The notes: generated by a model from the sequence alone, not told the origin. Positions 49,267 to 58,895 are shown, counted from the first letter of the stretch. The stretch: 64,000 nt of DNA from an uncultured Candidatus Saccharibacteria bacterium (GCA_964522195.1 CAZFSV010000003.1:29575-93574); one strand, 5' to 3'. Numbers and translations are program-made.

Positions 49267-49521
49267 ATGAAAAAAGAAAATTTATGTTGCTTAGTAGTGT
49301 TCGGTAATTTTGTTGCCTTAAATAGAAAAAAATTAGATGAAATTCCTGAAAATGAAAAACCTGAAATTGATTTAGAAAAAGGCTTGTGGAAAGACGAAAA
49401 ATGGGTTTGGCGTAAAATTGGAGAAGAAACTGGTAGTGGTTTAATCCGCTTTATCTTTGATCACACTAACTATGCTCATTCAGGACGAGCCCTCGGAATA
49501 GTCGCAGATTTCAATAGATAA
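49267..49521 (+). CDS. Orphan protein, cassette 3
   Basis: 84-aa ORF; terminator at 49579-49610. Confidence 0.65.
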   Translation: MKKENLCCLVVFGNFVALNRKKLDEIPENEKPEIDLEKGLWKDEKWVWRKIGEETGSGLIRFIFDHTNYAHSGRALGIVADFNR

Positions 49522-49667
49522 GACGAAAAGATTGCCTGCTAGGAGTTAATGTCAAAATACAATCTACTAAATTATCTTAAGGAATAGTCATTCGTGATTG
49601 TTCCTTTTTTATTTTATTTTTTTTAAAATGAATAATACTTAATTTAATCAAAGAGCTACTAACTAAT

Positions 49668-49696
49668 AGTTCGGAAATCCAAACATCAAGTCCGCT
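49668..49696 (+). repeat. Cassette boundary repeat R4, closing the array
   Basis: AGTTCGGAAATCCAAACATCAAGTCCGCT, 27/29 identical to R2. Confidence 0.85.
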
Positions 49697-49830
49697 CGTG
49701 AACTTTGTGAATGTTGTGAACTTGATTGTTTTCTCTATGAGAATTATTCTGTTAAATAACTTGCTTTTTTATAAAAATATGGTATAAACTATTTGATATT
49801 GTACTTAAAAATTTTTTAAAAATTAGACTC

Positions 49831-50343
49831 ATGAAAGCCTGTTTAATATTTTCTAGAGATGGAAAAACTGCATTTATTAAATTTGAAAACGGATCAGAAT
49901 CGCTAGATTTTGAAAGTAAAGAAGAAGTAATTCATGGAATAAATCATTGCCAAGTACTTGGCAAAATTACCAAAAATGAGGCAAGGTAATTCTTAAAAGA
50001 AATTAGCTTAGCTGAGAATATGCCTAATCACAACAAAGTACTTTCTTTGTTTCCTTTGATAATTCTTTCCTTGCTTCTTAATTCAAGGATAGAACAAGAA
50101 CAAGAGAAAGAAGAAATTTTTGAACCTTATGTTGAGATTTGTGATTGTGGACATAAAACACCACACGCATACATTTATAATGGTAATAAAAAAGTTATTG
50201 GACCTAACTTTCAATTTAAATCTGAGGGATTTGATATTGTTGAAAATCTTTTTACATCAGGATATATTGATGAGGGAGATACCTCTCGATTAAATACTTT
50301 AATTGATTTGCTTAAATTGCCAGAGAGTCCAATTTTGAATTAA
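49831..50343 (+). pseudogene. Orphan gene interrupted by an in-frame TAA at 49987-49989
   Basis: ATG 49831 is in frame with ORF 50020-50343; a single stop intervenes; the two halves look like a duplicated domain. Confidence 0.65.
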
Positions 50344-50496
50344 GTTTATTTGAATTTTAGAAAACTTAGACAAAAACCAATTGATTGAATGATTAATTGG
50401 TTTTTTATTTTATCAATTTATTTTAAGATAGAGGCAATTCCTTAGTTTTTTTATTTTAAATTAGAATTGTTTACTGTATTATGATATATTTTTAAT

Positions 50497-50940
50497 ATGA
50501 AAAATAATAAAAAAATATATTTTTTGGTTTTTGCTTTATTAATATTTGGTGGATTTTACTGGTTTTTAAATCCTGTGAATTGTTATGGTGATAAATGTGA
50601 AGTTCAAAATAACAATACAAAATCTTTTACTGAGTTCCCAGAAATGAATCCCGTAGAGCTTGAAGAAAAATTAAAAAATGAAGAAATTTATCTTTTAGAT
50701 ATTAGGGAAGAAGTAGAATGGAATGCTGGTCGTATAGCTAATGCAAATTTTTTACCTTTAGGGATGATAAATATTGAAAACACTAAAGACATACCAAAAG
50801 ATAAACCTGTTTATGTATATTGTCGTACTGGTAATAGAGCAAAAGAAGGTACAGAAAAATTACGCTCCCTTGGTTTTGATGCATATAATATTGGTGGGAT
50901 AGTCCAATATACTGAAAGAGGTGGAAAATTAGTTAAATAA
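50497..50940 (+). CDS. Membrane-anchored rhodanese-domain protein
   Basis: LLDIREEVEWNAGRIANA, VYCRTGNRA, NIGGI. Confidence 0.9.
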   Translation: MKNNKKIYFLVFALLIFGGFYWFLNPVNCYGDKCEVQNNNTKSFTEFPEMNPVELEEKLKNEEIYLLDIREEVEWNAGRIANANFLPLGMINIENTKDIPKDKPVYVYCRTGNRAKEGTEKLRSLGFDAYNIGGIVQYTERGGKLVK

Positions 50941-50992
50941 AAACTTAAAAAGTATTTACTTTCTTTTTTAGAAAATTTATAATTTATTTAAT

Positions 50993-53900
50993 ATGACTTC
51001 AAAATTTCACATGAAATTTTGGTTAGTGTTTATTGTCGTTTTTACGATATTGCTATTACCTCGTTTTATTTTTGCTAAGACTTTTATTAAAGATGATATT
51101 TCTGTTGATACAACTTGGACTAAAGCAAATAGTCCTTATATATTAGAGCGTTCTATTGTTGTTTTCGAAGAAGCTACTTTAAATATAGAACCCGGGGTAG
51201 AAATTAAATTTCCGTATTTTTCGCCTGGGAATAGTATTTATTTTTTTGGTAAATTGATAGCAATAGGTTCAGAAGAAGAACCTATTTATTTTACTTCAAA
51301 TTCTGATGATGCTTTAAGTAATACAGATGATGAAGAATATTGTGATGAAGAATATGATGAAGAAGGAAATTTAATTTCTAAAACAAATTGTGAATATTTT
51401 GATTTTAATGAACCTTTTGTGGGTGATTGGGGTGGTCTTTATTTTATAGATAGTGAAAATAATATTTTAGAAAATATTAATATAAATTACGCAAATGTAG
51501 GTTTGACTTTTCAAAACTCAGAAGCAAGCTTAAAACATTTTTTAATAATAAATAGCCAAGAAGGAATTTTAGCATTTAATAATAGTTCTATTGATATTTT
51601 AGATGCTCAATTACTTGATTTAGAACAAAATGCTTTAATTTTATATAATAATACTTTAATTAATTTTAGTAATTTAATCATTGAAAATGTTATAAATAAT
51701 CCTATTAATGTTTACAATGAATCCTCTCTTTCAGGTAATTATTTAGAATTTAATGGTTCTTCTTTGAGTGGATATACTGAAGCAATTATTTTATTTAATG
51801 GTTCAAATTTAGTTTTAAATAGTGCTAAATTTAACGATTGCCCTTTAAATAGTTGTATCACTTTCTTTGATAGTGAATATTTTTTAGGTGAAACCTCTTT
51901 ATTAGAAATAAATGATACCTTATTTGCTGAAGGTAGGGGTAGTGGGCTGCTTACTTTTTCAGGGAAACCAACAAATTTAAAAATAACTAATTCGGCTTTT
52001 TTAGATTTTGATTTGTTTGCAATAGAGTCTTATCGTGATATTTCAACTATAGATGCAAGGAATAATTATTTTGGAGACATGTCTGGGCCTTATCATAGTA
52101 CACAAAATTCAGAAGGAAAAGGTGAGGCTATTTATGGTAATAATATTTTATTTTATCCTTGGCTTTTTAATAATCCTTTTGAGTTATGTATAGAGGATTG
52201 TGCTTCAAATGTTTTATTTATTCCTGGGATGCAAGGTTCTCGTTTGTATGCAGATTTGGGAAGTGGAGAAAAAGAGCTTTGGCTCTCTAGGAAAGATTCT
52301 TATCATGAAGCTTTATTTTTAGACGAAGAAGGTAAAAGTATTAATGAAGTTTATACTAAAAATGACATTAGAAATAATGGAGATAAAAAAGAAACAGGTA
52401 TAATTGACGAAGCAATTTTAGGAATAAATATTTATAAATCTTTAGGAATTCAATTAAAAAATCTTAAAACTGATAAAATAATTAATGATTATTCTTTCAT
52501 TCCCTATGATTGGAGGCTTGCCTTAGATGATATTTTAAATAATGGTAAAGTTTTTGGTAATAAAAATCAGAATTTATCTTATCTTGAAAATTCTACTTTG
52601 GAAGAAAGTTTTATTTATAAAGAATTATCAAAATTAGCTAAAAGTTCTAAATCAGGCAAGGTTTCTATTGTATCTCATTCAAATGGAGGATTAGTTACTA
52701 AAGCTTTAATTCAAAAATTAAAAGATAACAATGATCCTTTGTATGAAAAAATTGATGAGATTTTTTTTGTAGCAGTGCCTCAAATAGGCGCTCCGGAAGC
52801 AGTGCTTGCTTTGCTTTTTGGGACAGGAGTTGGTCCTTTTGATTCCATTATGGATCAAGATGTTTCGAGAGGGTTAGGAGAAAATATGCCGACTCTTTAT
52901 AACCTTTTACCTAGGGAAAGTTATTTTAATTTAATTAATAATAAAGATTCTAAAAAAGCAATTATTAATTTTTCAACTAAAACAAAATTTGAAAATGAAA
53001 AACTTAAAAATACTATAGAAAAATATGGTAATAACATAGATTCTTTTTCTGAGCTTGAAGATTATTTAAAAGGTGGTGACTATAGAGAAAAACCAGCAAT
53101 TAATGATACTAAAAATGCAAATATCGCAAATATTTATTTATATAATAATGCAATTAATCTTTATGAAATGCTTGATAATTGGCAAGCAAATCCTACGACT
53201 AAAGTTTACCAAGTAGGAGGTTTGGGTATGGAAACTATCTTAGGGCTTGATTATAAAGAAGTTAAAAAACTTTTAGGTAAAAAAGAAATATCTCCTAAAG
53301 CAAGAAAAACTATTTATGGAGACGGAACTGTGCCTTTAGTGAGTGCTACTTTTATGAATGAAAGTCAAAATATAGAGCAATGGTATGTTGATTTAGATAA
53401 AGCAAATAAAGATAATGTGATTCCAAAAGATCATGCTTTTATTTTGGAAATACCTAATTTATTGGATTTTATAAAAAATAAATTAAAAGGTGAAAAAACT
53501 TTTTTAGATCCAGAAAATATAATTTTTAGAAATAGAACTACACTAGCATCACACCCAAAGAAGTTAATCTATACTTTGCATTCACCTTTGTATTTAGGAG
53601 TTTTTGATAAAGATGGTAATTTCTCAGGTAAAGACGAACAAGGTAATATTATAAATGAAATTTTAGGAGCAGAATATTCTATAATCGGTGAAGTTCAGAG
53701 TTTATCTATACCGATAGAATTAGCTCATACTTTAGTTTTGAATGGATTTGATGATGGTTATTTCTCTTTAGAATTAGATGAATTTTCAAATGATAATTAT
53801 TCTGGTAATCAAATATTTGATGGTATAAAAAATACAAAAAATACTAAAGCAAAATTAGTTTTTGAAAATGAGAATAGTTTAGATAATTTAAAATTATTAG

Positions 53901-54373
53901 TTGATTTAGAAGGGGATGGAGAATTTGAATTAGAATATTTACCTTACAAAGAAGAAGTGATAATTCCGATACCTGAAATTATAAATAATCCTGGAGTGGT
54001 TTTGATTAATGCAAACAATAATACTAGAAATATAGTACCAGCAGTTTTGGGAGAAAGTATTGAAATTAATGAACAAAATAAGAAGGTAATTACAAATAAT
54101 GAAGAAAATTTACACATTGAAAAAGATAATACTTTAATAATAAATAATCAAAATTTGAATTCAACTCAATATAAAAACCTTGATGTTGAAGGTGATTTTA
54201 ATAAAAAAAATGAGGCTAAAACTTTAGATAAAGATATCAAAGAAGAAATAATTATTGACGATAAAATTCCACAAGATCAAAAAAGACAAGAAGGTAATTA
54301 TAGATATTTAATTATTTTCTTAGTTTTAATAACATTATTAATTAGCTTTAAATATCTTTTTAAGATAAAATAA
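50993..54373 (+). CDS. Large surface protein: beta-helix plus alpha/beta-hydrolase (LCAT/lipase-like) with C-terminal TM
   Basis: DTTWTKANSPY, PIYFTS, GDWGGL; FIPGMQGSRL, PYDWRL, nucleophile elbow VSHSNGGL, GDGTVP. Confidence 0.8.
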   Translation: MTSKFHMKFWLVFIVVFTILLLPRFIFAKTFIKDDISVDTTWTKANSPYILERSIVVFEEATLNIEPGVEIKFPYFSPGNSIYFFGKLIAIGSEEEPIYFTSNSDDALSNTDDEEYCDEEYDEEGNLISKTNCEYFDFNEPFVGDWGGLYFIDSENNILENININYANVGLTFQNSEASLKHFLIINSQEGILAFNNSSIDILDAQLLDLEQNALILYNNTLINFSNLIIENVINNPINVYNESSLSGNYLEFNGSSLSGYTEAIILFNGSNLVLNSAKFNDCPLNSCITFFDSEYFLGETSLLEINDTLFAEGRGSGLLTFSGKPTNLKITNSAFLDFDLFAIESYRDISTIDARNNYFGDMSGPYHSTQNSEGKGEAIYGNNILFYPWLFNNPFELCIEDCASNVLFIPGMQGSRLYADLGSGEKELWLSRKDSYHEALFLDEEGKSINEVYTKNDIRNNGDKKETGIIDEAILGINIYKSLGIQLKNLKTDKIINDYSFIPYDWRLALDDILNNGKVFGNKNQNLSYLENSTLEESFIYKELSKLAKSSKSGKVSIVSHSNGGLVTKALIQKLKDNNDPLYEKIDEIFFVAVPQIGAPEAVLALLFGTGVGPFDSIMDQDVSRGLGENMPTLYNLLPRESYFNLINNKDSKKAIINFSTKTKFENEKLKNTIEKYGNNIDSFSELEDYLKGGDYREKPAINDTKNANIANIYLYNNAINLYEMLDNWQANPTTKVYQVGGLGMETILGLDYKEVKKLLGKKEISPKARKTIYGDGTVPLVSATFMNESQNIEQWYVDLDKANKDNVIPKDHAFILEIPNLLDFIKNKLKGEKTFLDPENIIFRNRTTLASHPKKLIYTLHSPLYLGVFDKDGNFSGKDEQGNIINEILGAEYSIIGEVQSLSIPIELAHTLVLNGFDDGYFSLELDEFSNDNYSGNQIFDGIKNTKNTKAKLVFENENSLDNLKLLVDLEGDGEFELEYLPYKEEVIIPIPEIINNPGVVLINANNNTRNIVPAVLGESIEINEQNKKVITNNEENLHIEKDNTLIINNQNLNSTQYKNLDVEGDFNKKNEAKTLDKDIKEEIIIDDKIPQDQKRQEGNYRYLIIFLVLITLLISFKYLFKIK

Positions 54374-54377
54374 TTAT

Positions 54378-54755
54378 ATGAATTGGTTAAAAAACAAAAA
54401 ACAACAAATTTACTTTTTTATTTTCAGTATTTTATTTTTTTTATTAATTAATTTTTTAGAGTTTGTAAATTTATATTCTATTTGGAGAAGTGTACACACA
54501 ACCTTTTTATTTGTATTTGGTGTTACTAGTATTTTTTCATTTATTTTTATTTTTACTAAAATTTCAAGATGGTTAATTTGGTTAAAAACTGTAACAATTT
54601 TTTCTATTTTAAGTTTTTTAATAATTATATTTTTACCGTCAAATGATGGAGATTTTTTTGTTTCTTCACAAATACTTTTGTCTTTTATTTTCGTAATTCT
54701 CTACTCCCTAATCTCGCTAGGTATTCTTATTTACGGGTTTTTTATAAAAAATTAA
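54378..54755 (+). CDS. Hypothetical 4-TM membrane protein
   Basis: Strongly hydrophobic ORF directly after the hydrolase. Confidence 0.55.
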   Translation: MNWLKNKKQQIYFFIFSILFFLLINFLEFVNLYSIWRSVHTTFLFVFGVTSIFSFIFIFTKISRWLIWLKTVTIFSILSFLIIIFLPSNDGDFFVSSQILLSFIFVILYSLISLGILIYGFFIKN

Positions 54756-54785
54756 AATTTCTAATATTTATGCTAAAATTCAGTA

Positions 54786-55073
54786 ATGATTCTCAAGCGA
54801 GATTTTAGTTTTAAGACGAAAGTTTGGATTTATCCCGGGGATGGAGGATGGCATTTTGTGACTTTAGATCAAAAATATAGCAATACTATTAGACAAGCTT
54901 TTCCTAGAGGTTTCGTCAAAATAGAAGTGAAAATAGGGAAGAGTATTTGGCGAACTTCTCTTTTTCCTCACAAACTATCAAAAGGTTATATACTTTGTAT
55001 TAATAAATCTATTCGTAAAAAAGAAAACATCTTTGCAGGGGATATAATAAATTTAAAGATTAAAATTCTTTAA
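54786..55073 (+). CDS. DUF1905-like protein
   Basis: GGWHFV, WRTSLFP..GYIL.INKSIRKKE. Confidence 0.8.
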   Translation: MILKRDFSFKTKVWIYPGDGGWHFVTLDQKYSNTIRQAFPRGFVKIEVKIGKSIWRTSLFPHKLSKGYILCINKSIRKKENIFAGDIINLKIKIL

Positions 55074-55129
55074 TTTATATTGACTTTTTGTTATATTATG
55101 ATATAATACTTTTAAGTAAATTCTTTGAT

Positions 55130-55426
55130 ATGGCAAAAAATAAAAAATCCTCAGGAGCTAATCCTGCAGTTGATTTATTGGTTTGGGCATTCCGCTTCTC
55201 CTTTGCTTGGGCTGAGAGATTTGTGATAAAATTTTTCCAAGCAATAAAATTCTTTTTTAGGAATGTCCCAGTTTGGAATACTCAGTTTGATAATTGGACT
55301 CAAGTTCAATTCAATCAAACTGTACATACGGCTATAAAGATAGCCGTAATTACAATAATTTTACTGATTTTTTGGTTACCTATCTCAATAATTTTTCTTG
55401 GATATTTAATCTTAAAATCTTTTTAA
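55130..55426 (+). CDS. Small orphan membrane protein (start moved to ATG 55130)
   Basis: Own TTGACT-16-TATAAT promoter at 55080-55107 and terminator at about 55426-55451. Confidence 0.6.
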   Translation: MAKNKKSSGANPAVDLLVWAFRFSFAWAERFVIKFFQAIKFFFRNVPVWNTQFDNWTQVQFNQTVHTAIKIAVITIILLIFWLPISIIFLGYLILKSF

Positions 55427-55482
55427 GCTTAGGGGAAACCCTAAGCTTTTTATTTTATTTGAAATTGTTGTATATTATTTCT

Positions 55483-55773
55483 ATGACTTTTTATGAATTT
55501 TCTAGAAATTTAAATAATGATACTAATGAGCCGGAATTGGTGATAGATTTACACGGTTATACCACTTTTGAAGCAGAAGAATTTTTAAGTGAAATTCTAG
55601 ATTCTAATCAATATTTCTTTTTAAGGATAATAGTAGGTAAAGGCAAGAATAGTGAGAACGGAGCTGTCTTGCGGGATTTTGTAAAAAATTATTTAAAACA
55701 AAGAAGAATAAACTACAGTTATGCAAGTCCTAGAAATGGAGGTGAAGGTGCTTTGGATGTGTTTTTAAAATAA
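55483..55773 (+). CDS. Stand-alone Smr-domain protein (start moved to ATG 55483)
   Basis: IDLHG.T..EA, IIVGKGKNS, GGEGAL.V. Confidence 0.88.
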   Translation: MTFYEFSRNLNNDTNEPELVIDLHGYTTFEAEEFLSEILDSNQYFFLRIIVGKGKNSENGAVLRDFVKNYLKQRRINYSYASPRNGGEGALDVFLK

Positions 55774-55802
55774 TATGTTATAATTTATTTACAATTAAAT
55801 AT

Positions 55803-55938
55803 TGTATCAAGAGTGAGGATATTCTTTATTTAAAGAAAAGAGAATTGGCTCTAACCTCCAGCAACCCTGAAAGTAGTAAAGCGAAATCGATGGGTGCTAA
55901 ATCCAACCATTCGCCAAAGAGGCGAAAGGAAAGATATG
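55803..55938 (+). ncRNA. SAM-I-family riboswitch
   Basis: ATCAAGAG, CAGCAACC, GGTGCTAAATCC and AAAGAT motifs; lies upstream of metK; terminator-like hairpin at 55966-56000. Confidence 0.85.
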
Positions 55939-56002
55939 TTTGTATTTAGTCTATGCAAAAATTCTTTCCTTCATTATTAATAATGTAGGAATTTTTTATT
56001 TT

Positions 56003-57010
56003 ATGGTTAAAAATATTAAAAATGGTGTGCGGACTGCTGAATTTGTAAGTCCTATGCATCCAGATAAAATTTGTGATTTTATTGCAGATTCTTTGTTAGA
56101 TAAATATCTAGCGCTTGATCCTAAAAGTCGAGTGGCTATAGAAGTCATGGGTGGGCATAATTTAATTACAATTAATGGAGAAGTAAGTTCTCAAAATTCA
56201 TTTAACATAGAAAATGAAGTATTAACTATTTTAAATAGACTTAATATTGATACTTTAGATTTTAAAATAATTTATAATATAGATATTCAAAGTCCTCAAA
56301 TTGCTCGCAGCGTAGATATTGGTGGAGCAGGAGATCAAGGTATAATGCTCGGCTATGCTACAAATCAAACAGAAAACTTTATGCCTTTAGAATATGAACT
56401 TGCGAGAGATTTATGTAAAAGTATTTTTGAAATTTATCCCTACGATGGTAAAACTCAAGTGACGGTAGACGGAAATAAAGTTCTGGTAGTTTTAGCTAGT
56501 TTCCAAAATTCTAAAAATGAAAATTTATTAAAATTAGTTAAAGAAAAGATAGAAATTTGGTCTCAAAATGGCTTAGATATTACAAATGTTAAATACTTGG
56601 TAAATCCAAGCGGAGAGTGGGATTTAGGCAATTTTGACGCTGATACAGGGCTTTCTGGGCGTAAACTTATAATAGATAATTATGGCCCTGAGGTTAGGAT
56701 TGGAGGAGGTTCTTTTTCTGGTAAAGATTATACAAAAGTAGATCGGAGTGGAGCATACATATCTCGTAAGATTGCCCTTGATTTACTCAAAAAATATTCT
56801 GCAGAAGAAGTAATAGTAAAAATAGCATATGCTATAGGTATAAAAGACCCAGTTATGAAAATAGCAATTATAGATGGCAAGGAAACAGAAATTGAAGATT
56901 ATGATTTGAGTCCAAAAGGTATTTACGAAAAATTAGAATTAAATAAAATAAAATTTTCTGAAACTGCAAATTGGGGACATTTTGGTAGAAATTTTTCTTG
57001 GGATAAATAA
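56003..57010 (+). CDS. metK: S-adenosylmethionine synthetase (start moved to ATG 56003)
   Basis: TAEFVSPMHPDKICD, GAGDQG, DTGLSGRK, GGGSFSGKDYTKVDRSGAY. Confidence 0.96.
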   Translation: MVKNIKNGVRTAEFVSPMHPDKICDFIADSLLDKYLALDPKSRVAIEVMGGHNLITINGEVSSQNSFNIENEVLTILNRLNIDTLDFKIIYNIDIQSPQIARSVDIGGAGDQGIMLGYATNQTENFMPLEYELARDLCKSIFEIYPYDGKTQVTVDGNKVLVVLASFQNSKNENLLKLVKEKIEIWSQNGLDITNVKYLVNPSGEWDLGNFDADTGLSGRKLIIDNYGPEVRIGGGSFSGKDYTKVDRSGAYISRKIALDLLKKYSAEEVIVKIAYAIGIKDPVMKIAIIDGKETEIEDYDLSPKGIYEKLELNKIKFSETANWGHFGRNFSWDK

Positions 57011-57037
57011 AATTTGAAAATAAGTTATAATAGGTTA

Positions 57038-58630
57038 ATGACTCAAGAAGAAGCCTTGAATATTTTAAAGACTGGAGCTAATGTGTTTTTAACTGGAGAA
57101 CCAGGATCAGGGAAAACTTTTACTATAAATAAATATATAGCTTATTTAAAAGAGCGTGAAATTGATGTTGCTATTACAGCTTCAACAGGTATTGCTGCTA
57201 CTCATATAGGGGGCGTTACTATTCATTCTTGGAGTGGGATTGGTATTAAGGAAAACTTAGATAAATATGATTTAGATAAATTATCTACTACGGAATATTT
57301 AGTAAAAAGAATTTCAAAAACTAAAGTTTTGATTATAGATGAAATATCGATGCTTCATGCTAAAACTTTAAATATGGTAGATAGAGTTTGTAGACTTATT
57401 AGAAGTAGCGATGAAGCTTTTGGTGGACTGCAAGTGGTCTTTGTTGGAGATTTCTTTCAATTACCTCCAATTAATAAAAAGATAAAAGAAGAGAAAGAAA
57501 TTCAATTATTTGAAGAAGAAAAAAAAGGGGATTTTGCTTATGATTCTTTTGCTTGGGTGAAAGCAAGCCCGATTGTTTGTTATATCAAGGAACAACACAG
57601 ACAAGACTCTGAAGAATTTTTAGATTTATTACTCGCTATTCGTAGCGGGAATTTAGAAAGAGAGCATGTAGAATATTTAAAATCTCGAACTATTAGCAGA
57701 GAAAAATTTCCTCCAAATATTACAAAACTTTTTTCTCATAATTTTGATGTAGATAGAGTTAATTCTCAAATGCTTTCAAAAATATCTGGAGAAGAGAAAG
57801 TATTTAATATGATATCTTCAGGTAATGCGAATATTGTAAATAATTTGAAAAAAGGTTGTCTTTCTCCCGAGGTTTTGATTTTGAAAAAAGGAGCTGTTGT
57901 AATGTGCACCAAAAACAATCCTAAAGAAAAATATGTAAATGGAACTTTAGGTGAAGTTATTGATTTTGATTCTTTCTCTTATGAACCAATTATCAAGACT
58001 AAAGATGGAAGAGAAATAAAAATAAGTCCACTTGATTGGAGTATAGAAGAAAATGGAAAAATAAAAGGTAAAGTAAGTCAGATACCACTTAGGCTTGCTT
58101 GGGCTATAACCGTTCATAAAAGTCAAGGTATGAGTATGGATAGTGCTATTATGGATTTATCTTCTGTTTTTGAATACGGGCAAGGTTATGTAGCTCTTTC
58201 TCGGGTGCGTAGTATCGAAGGCCTATATCTTTTAGGGTTTAATGATATGTCTCTTTTAGTTCATCCAGAAATTTTGGAGCAAGATAAAATTTTTTTAGAT
58301 TTTTCAGATAAAGCAAGAAAACTTTTCGGTGAAATGGAAAAAGAAGAATTAGAAAAAATGCACAAGAATTTTATTGTAGCTTCTGATGGAAAATGGAAAG
58401 ATAAGAAAGAAAAAAATAAAGAAGAAAATACAGAATTAGAAATTTCTAAATTAGAAAAAATTAGGCAAAAGCATACCAATGCTTATAAAAAATGGACTCC
58501 CGAAGAAGAAGAGGATTTAATCAAAAGTTTCAATCAAGGTAAAAAGATAAAAGATATTGCTAAAGATAGTGGTAGGCAAGTAGGAGGTATAAAATCAAGA
58601 TTAATTAAGCTCGGTTTAATAGAAGAATAA
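57038..58630 (+). CDS. Pif1-family helicase with C-terminal HTH (start moved to ATG 57038)
   Basis: FLTGEPGSGKT, DEISM, GDFFQLPP, QIPLRLAWAITVHKSQGMS, YVALSR. Confidence 0.9.
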   Translation: MTQEEALNILKTGANVFLTGEPGSGKTFTINKYIAYLKEREIDVAITASTGIAATHIGGVTIHSWSGIGIKENLDKYDLDKLSTTEYLVKRISKTKVLIIDEISMLHAKTLNMVDRVCRLIRSSDEAFGGLQVVFVGDFFQLPPINKKIKEEKEIQLFEEEKKGDFAYDSFAWVKASPIVCYIKEQHRQDSEEFLDLLLAIRSGNLEREHVEYLKSRTISREKFPPNITKLFSHNFDVDRVNSQMLSKISGEEKVFNMISSGNANIVNNLKKGCLSPEVLILKKGAVVMCTKNNPKEKYVNGTLGEVIDFDSFSYEPIIKTKDGREIKISPLDWSIEENGKIKGKVSQIPLRLAWAITVHKSQGMSMDSAIMDLSSVFEYGQGYVALSRVRSIEGLYLLGFNDMSLLVHPEILEQDKIFLDFSDKARKLFGEMEKEELEKMHKNFIVASDGKWKDKKEKNKEENTELEISKLEKIRQKHTNAYKKWTPEEEEDLIKSFNQGKKIKDIAKDSGRQVGGIKSRLIKLGLIEE

Positions 58631-58645
58631 ATTGATTTTAAGAGC

Positions 58646-58895
58646 TTGACATATTTTTTAAATATGCTATACTCTATTTAGATTTGTAAAAAATATAAAG
58701 AAGAACGAAAAGCTAGGCGACAAGTAGCCTGCAATCCACACAAAGCCCCCTGAGTAGTTCTTCTTAAAAATATAGAGAAGGGTCAATATAGAGTACCCCC
58801 CATACGCACCCAAAAAGGCTCTTGAGGCCCTTCTCAAAAAATTAGATAACCAAAAACAGAGAATGTGGGTCCTTTTTTAAAAAGGGCCCTTTTTT
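58646..58895 (+). ncRNA. Candidate stand-alone sRNA with promoter and terminator
   Basis: TTGACA-16-TATACT at 58646-58673; two stem-loops (58698-58765, 58775-58835); terminator 58867-58895; no ORF of 60 aa or more in the track. Confidence 0.5.

Noticed and set aside
47430-49610. Classical integron attC cassettes
   Set aside because: No RYYYAAC..GTTRRRY paired sites and no intI; the hairpins after the ORFs are ordinary terminators and each unit has its own promoter
48394-49696. 29-nt repeats as a CRISPR array
   Set aside because: The intervals are 550-720 nt and contain genes, and there are no cas genes
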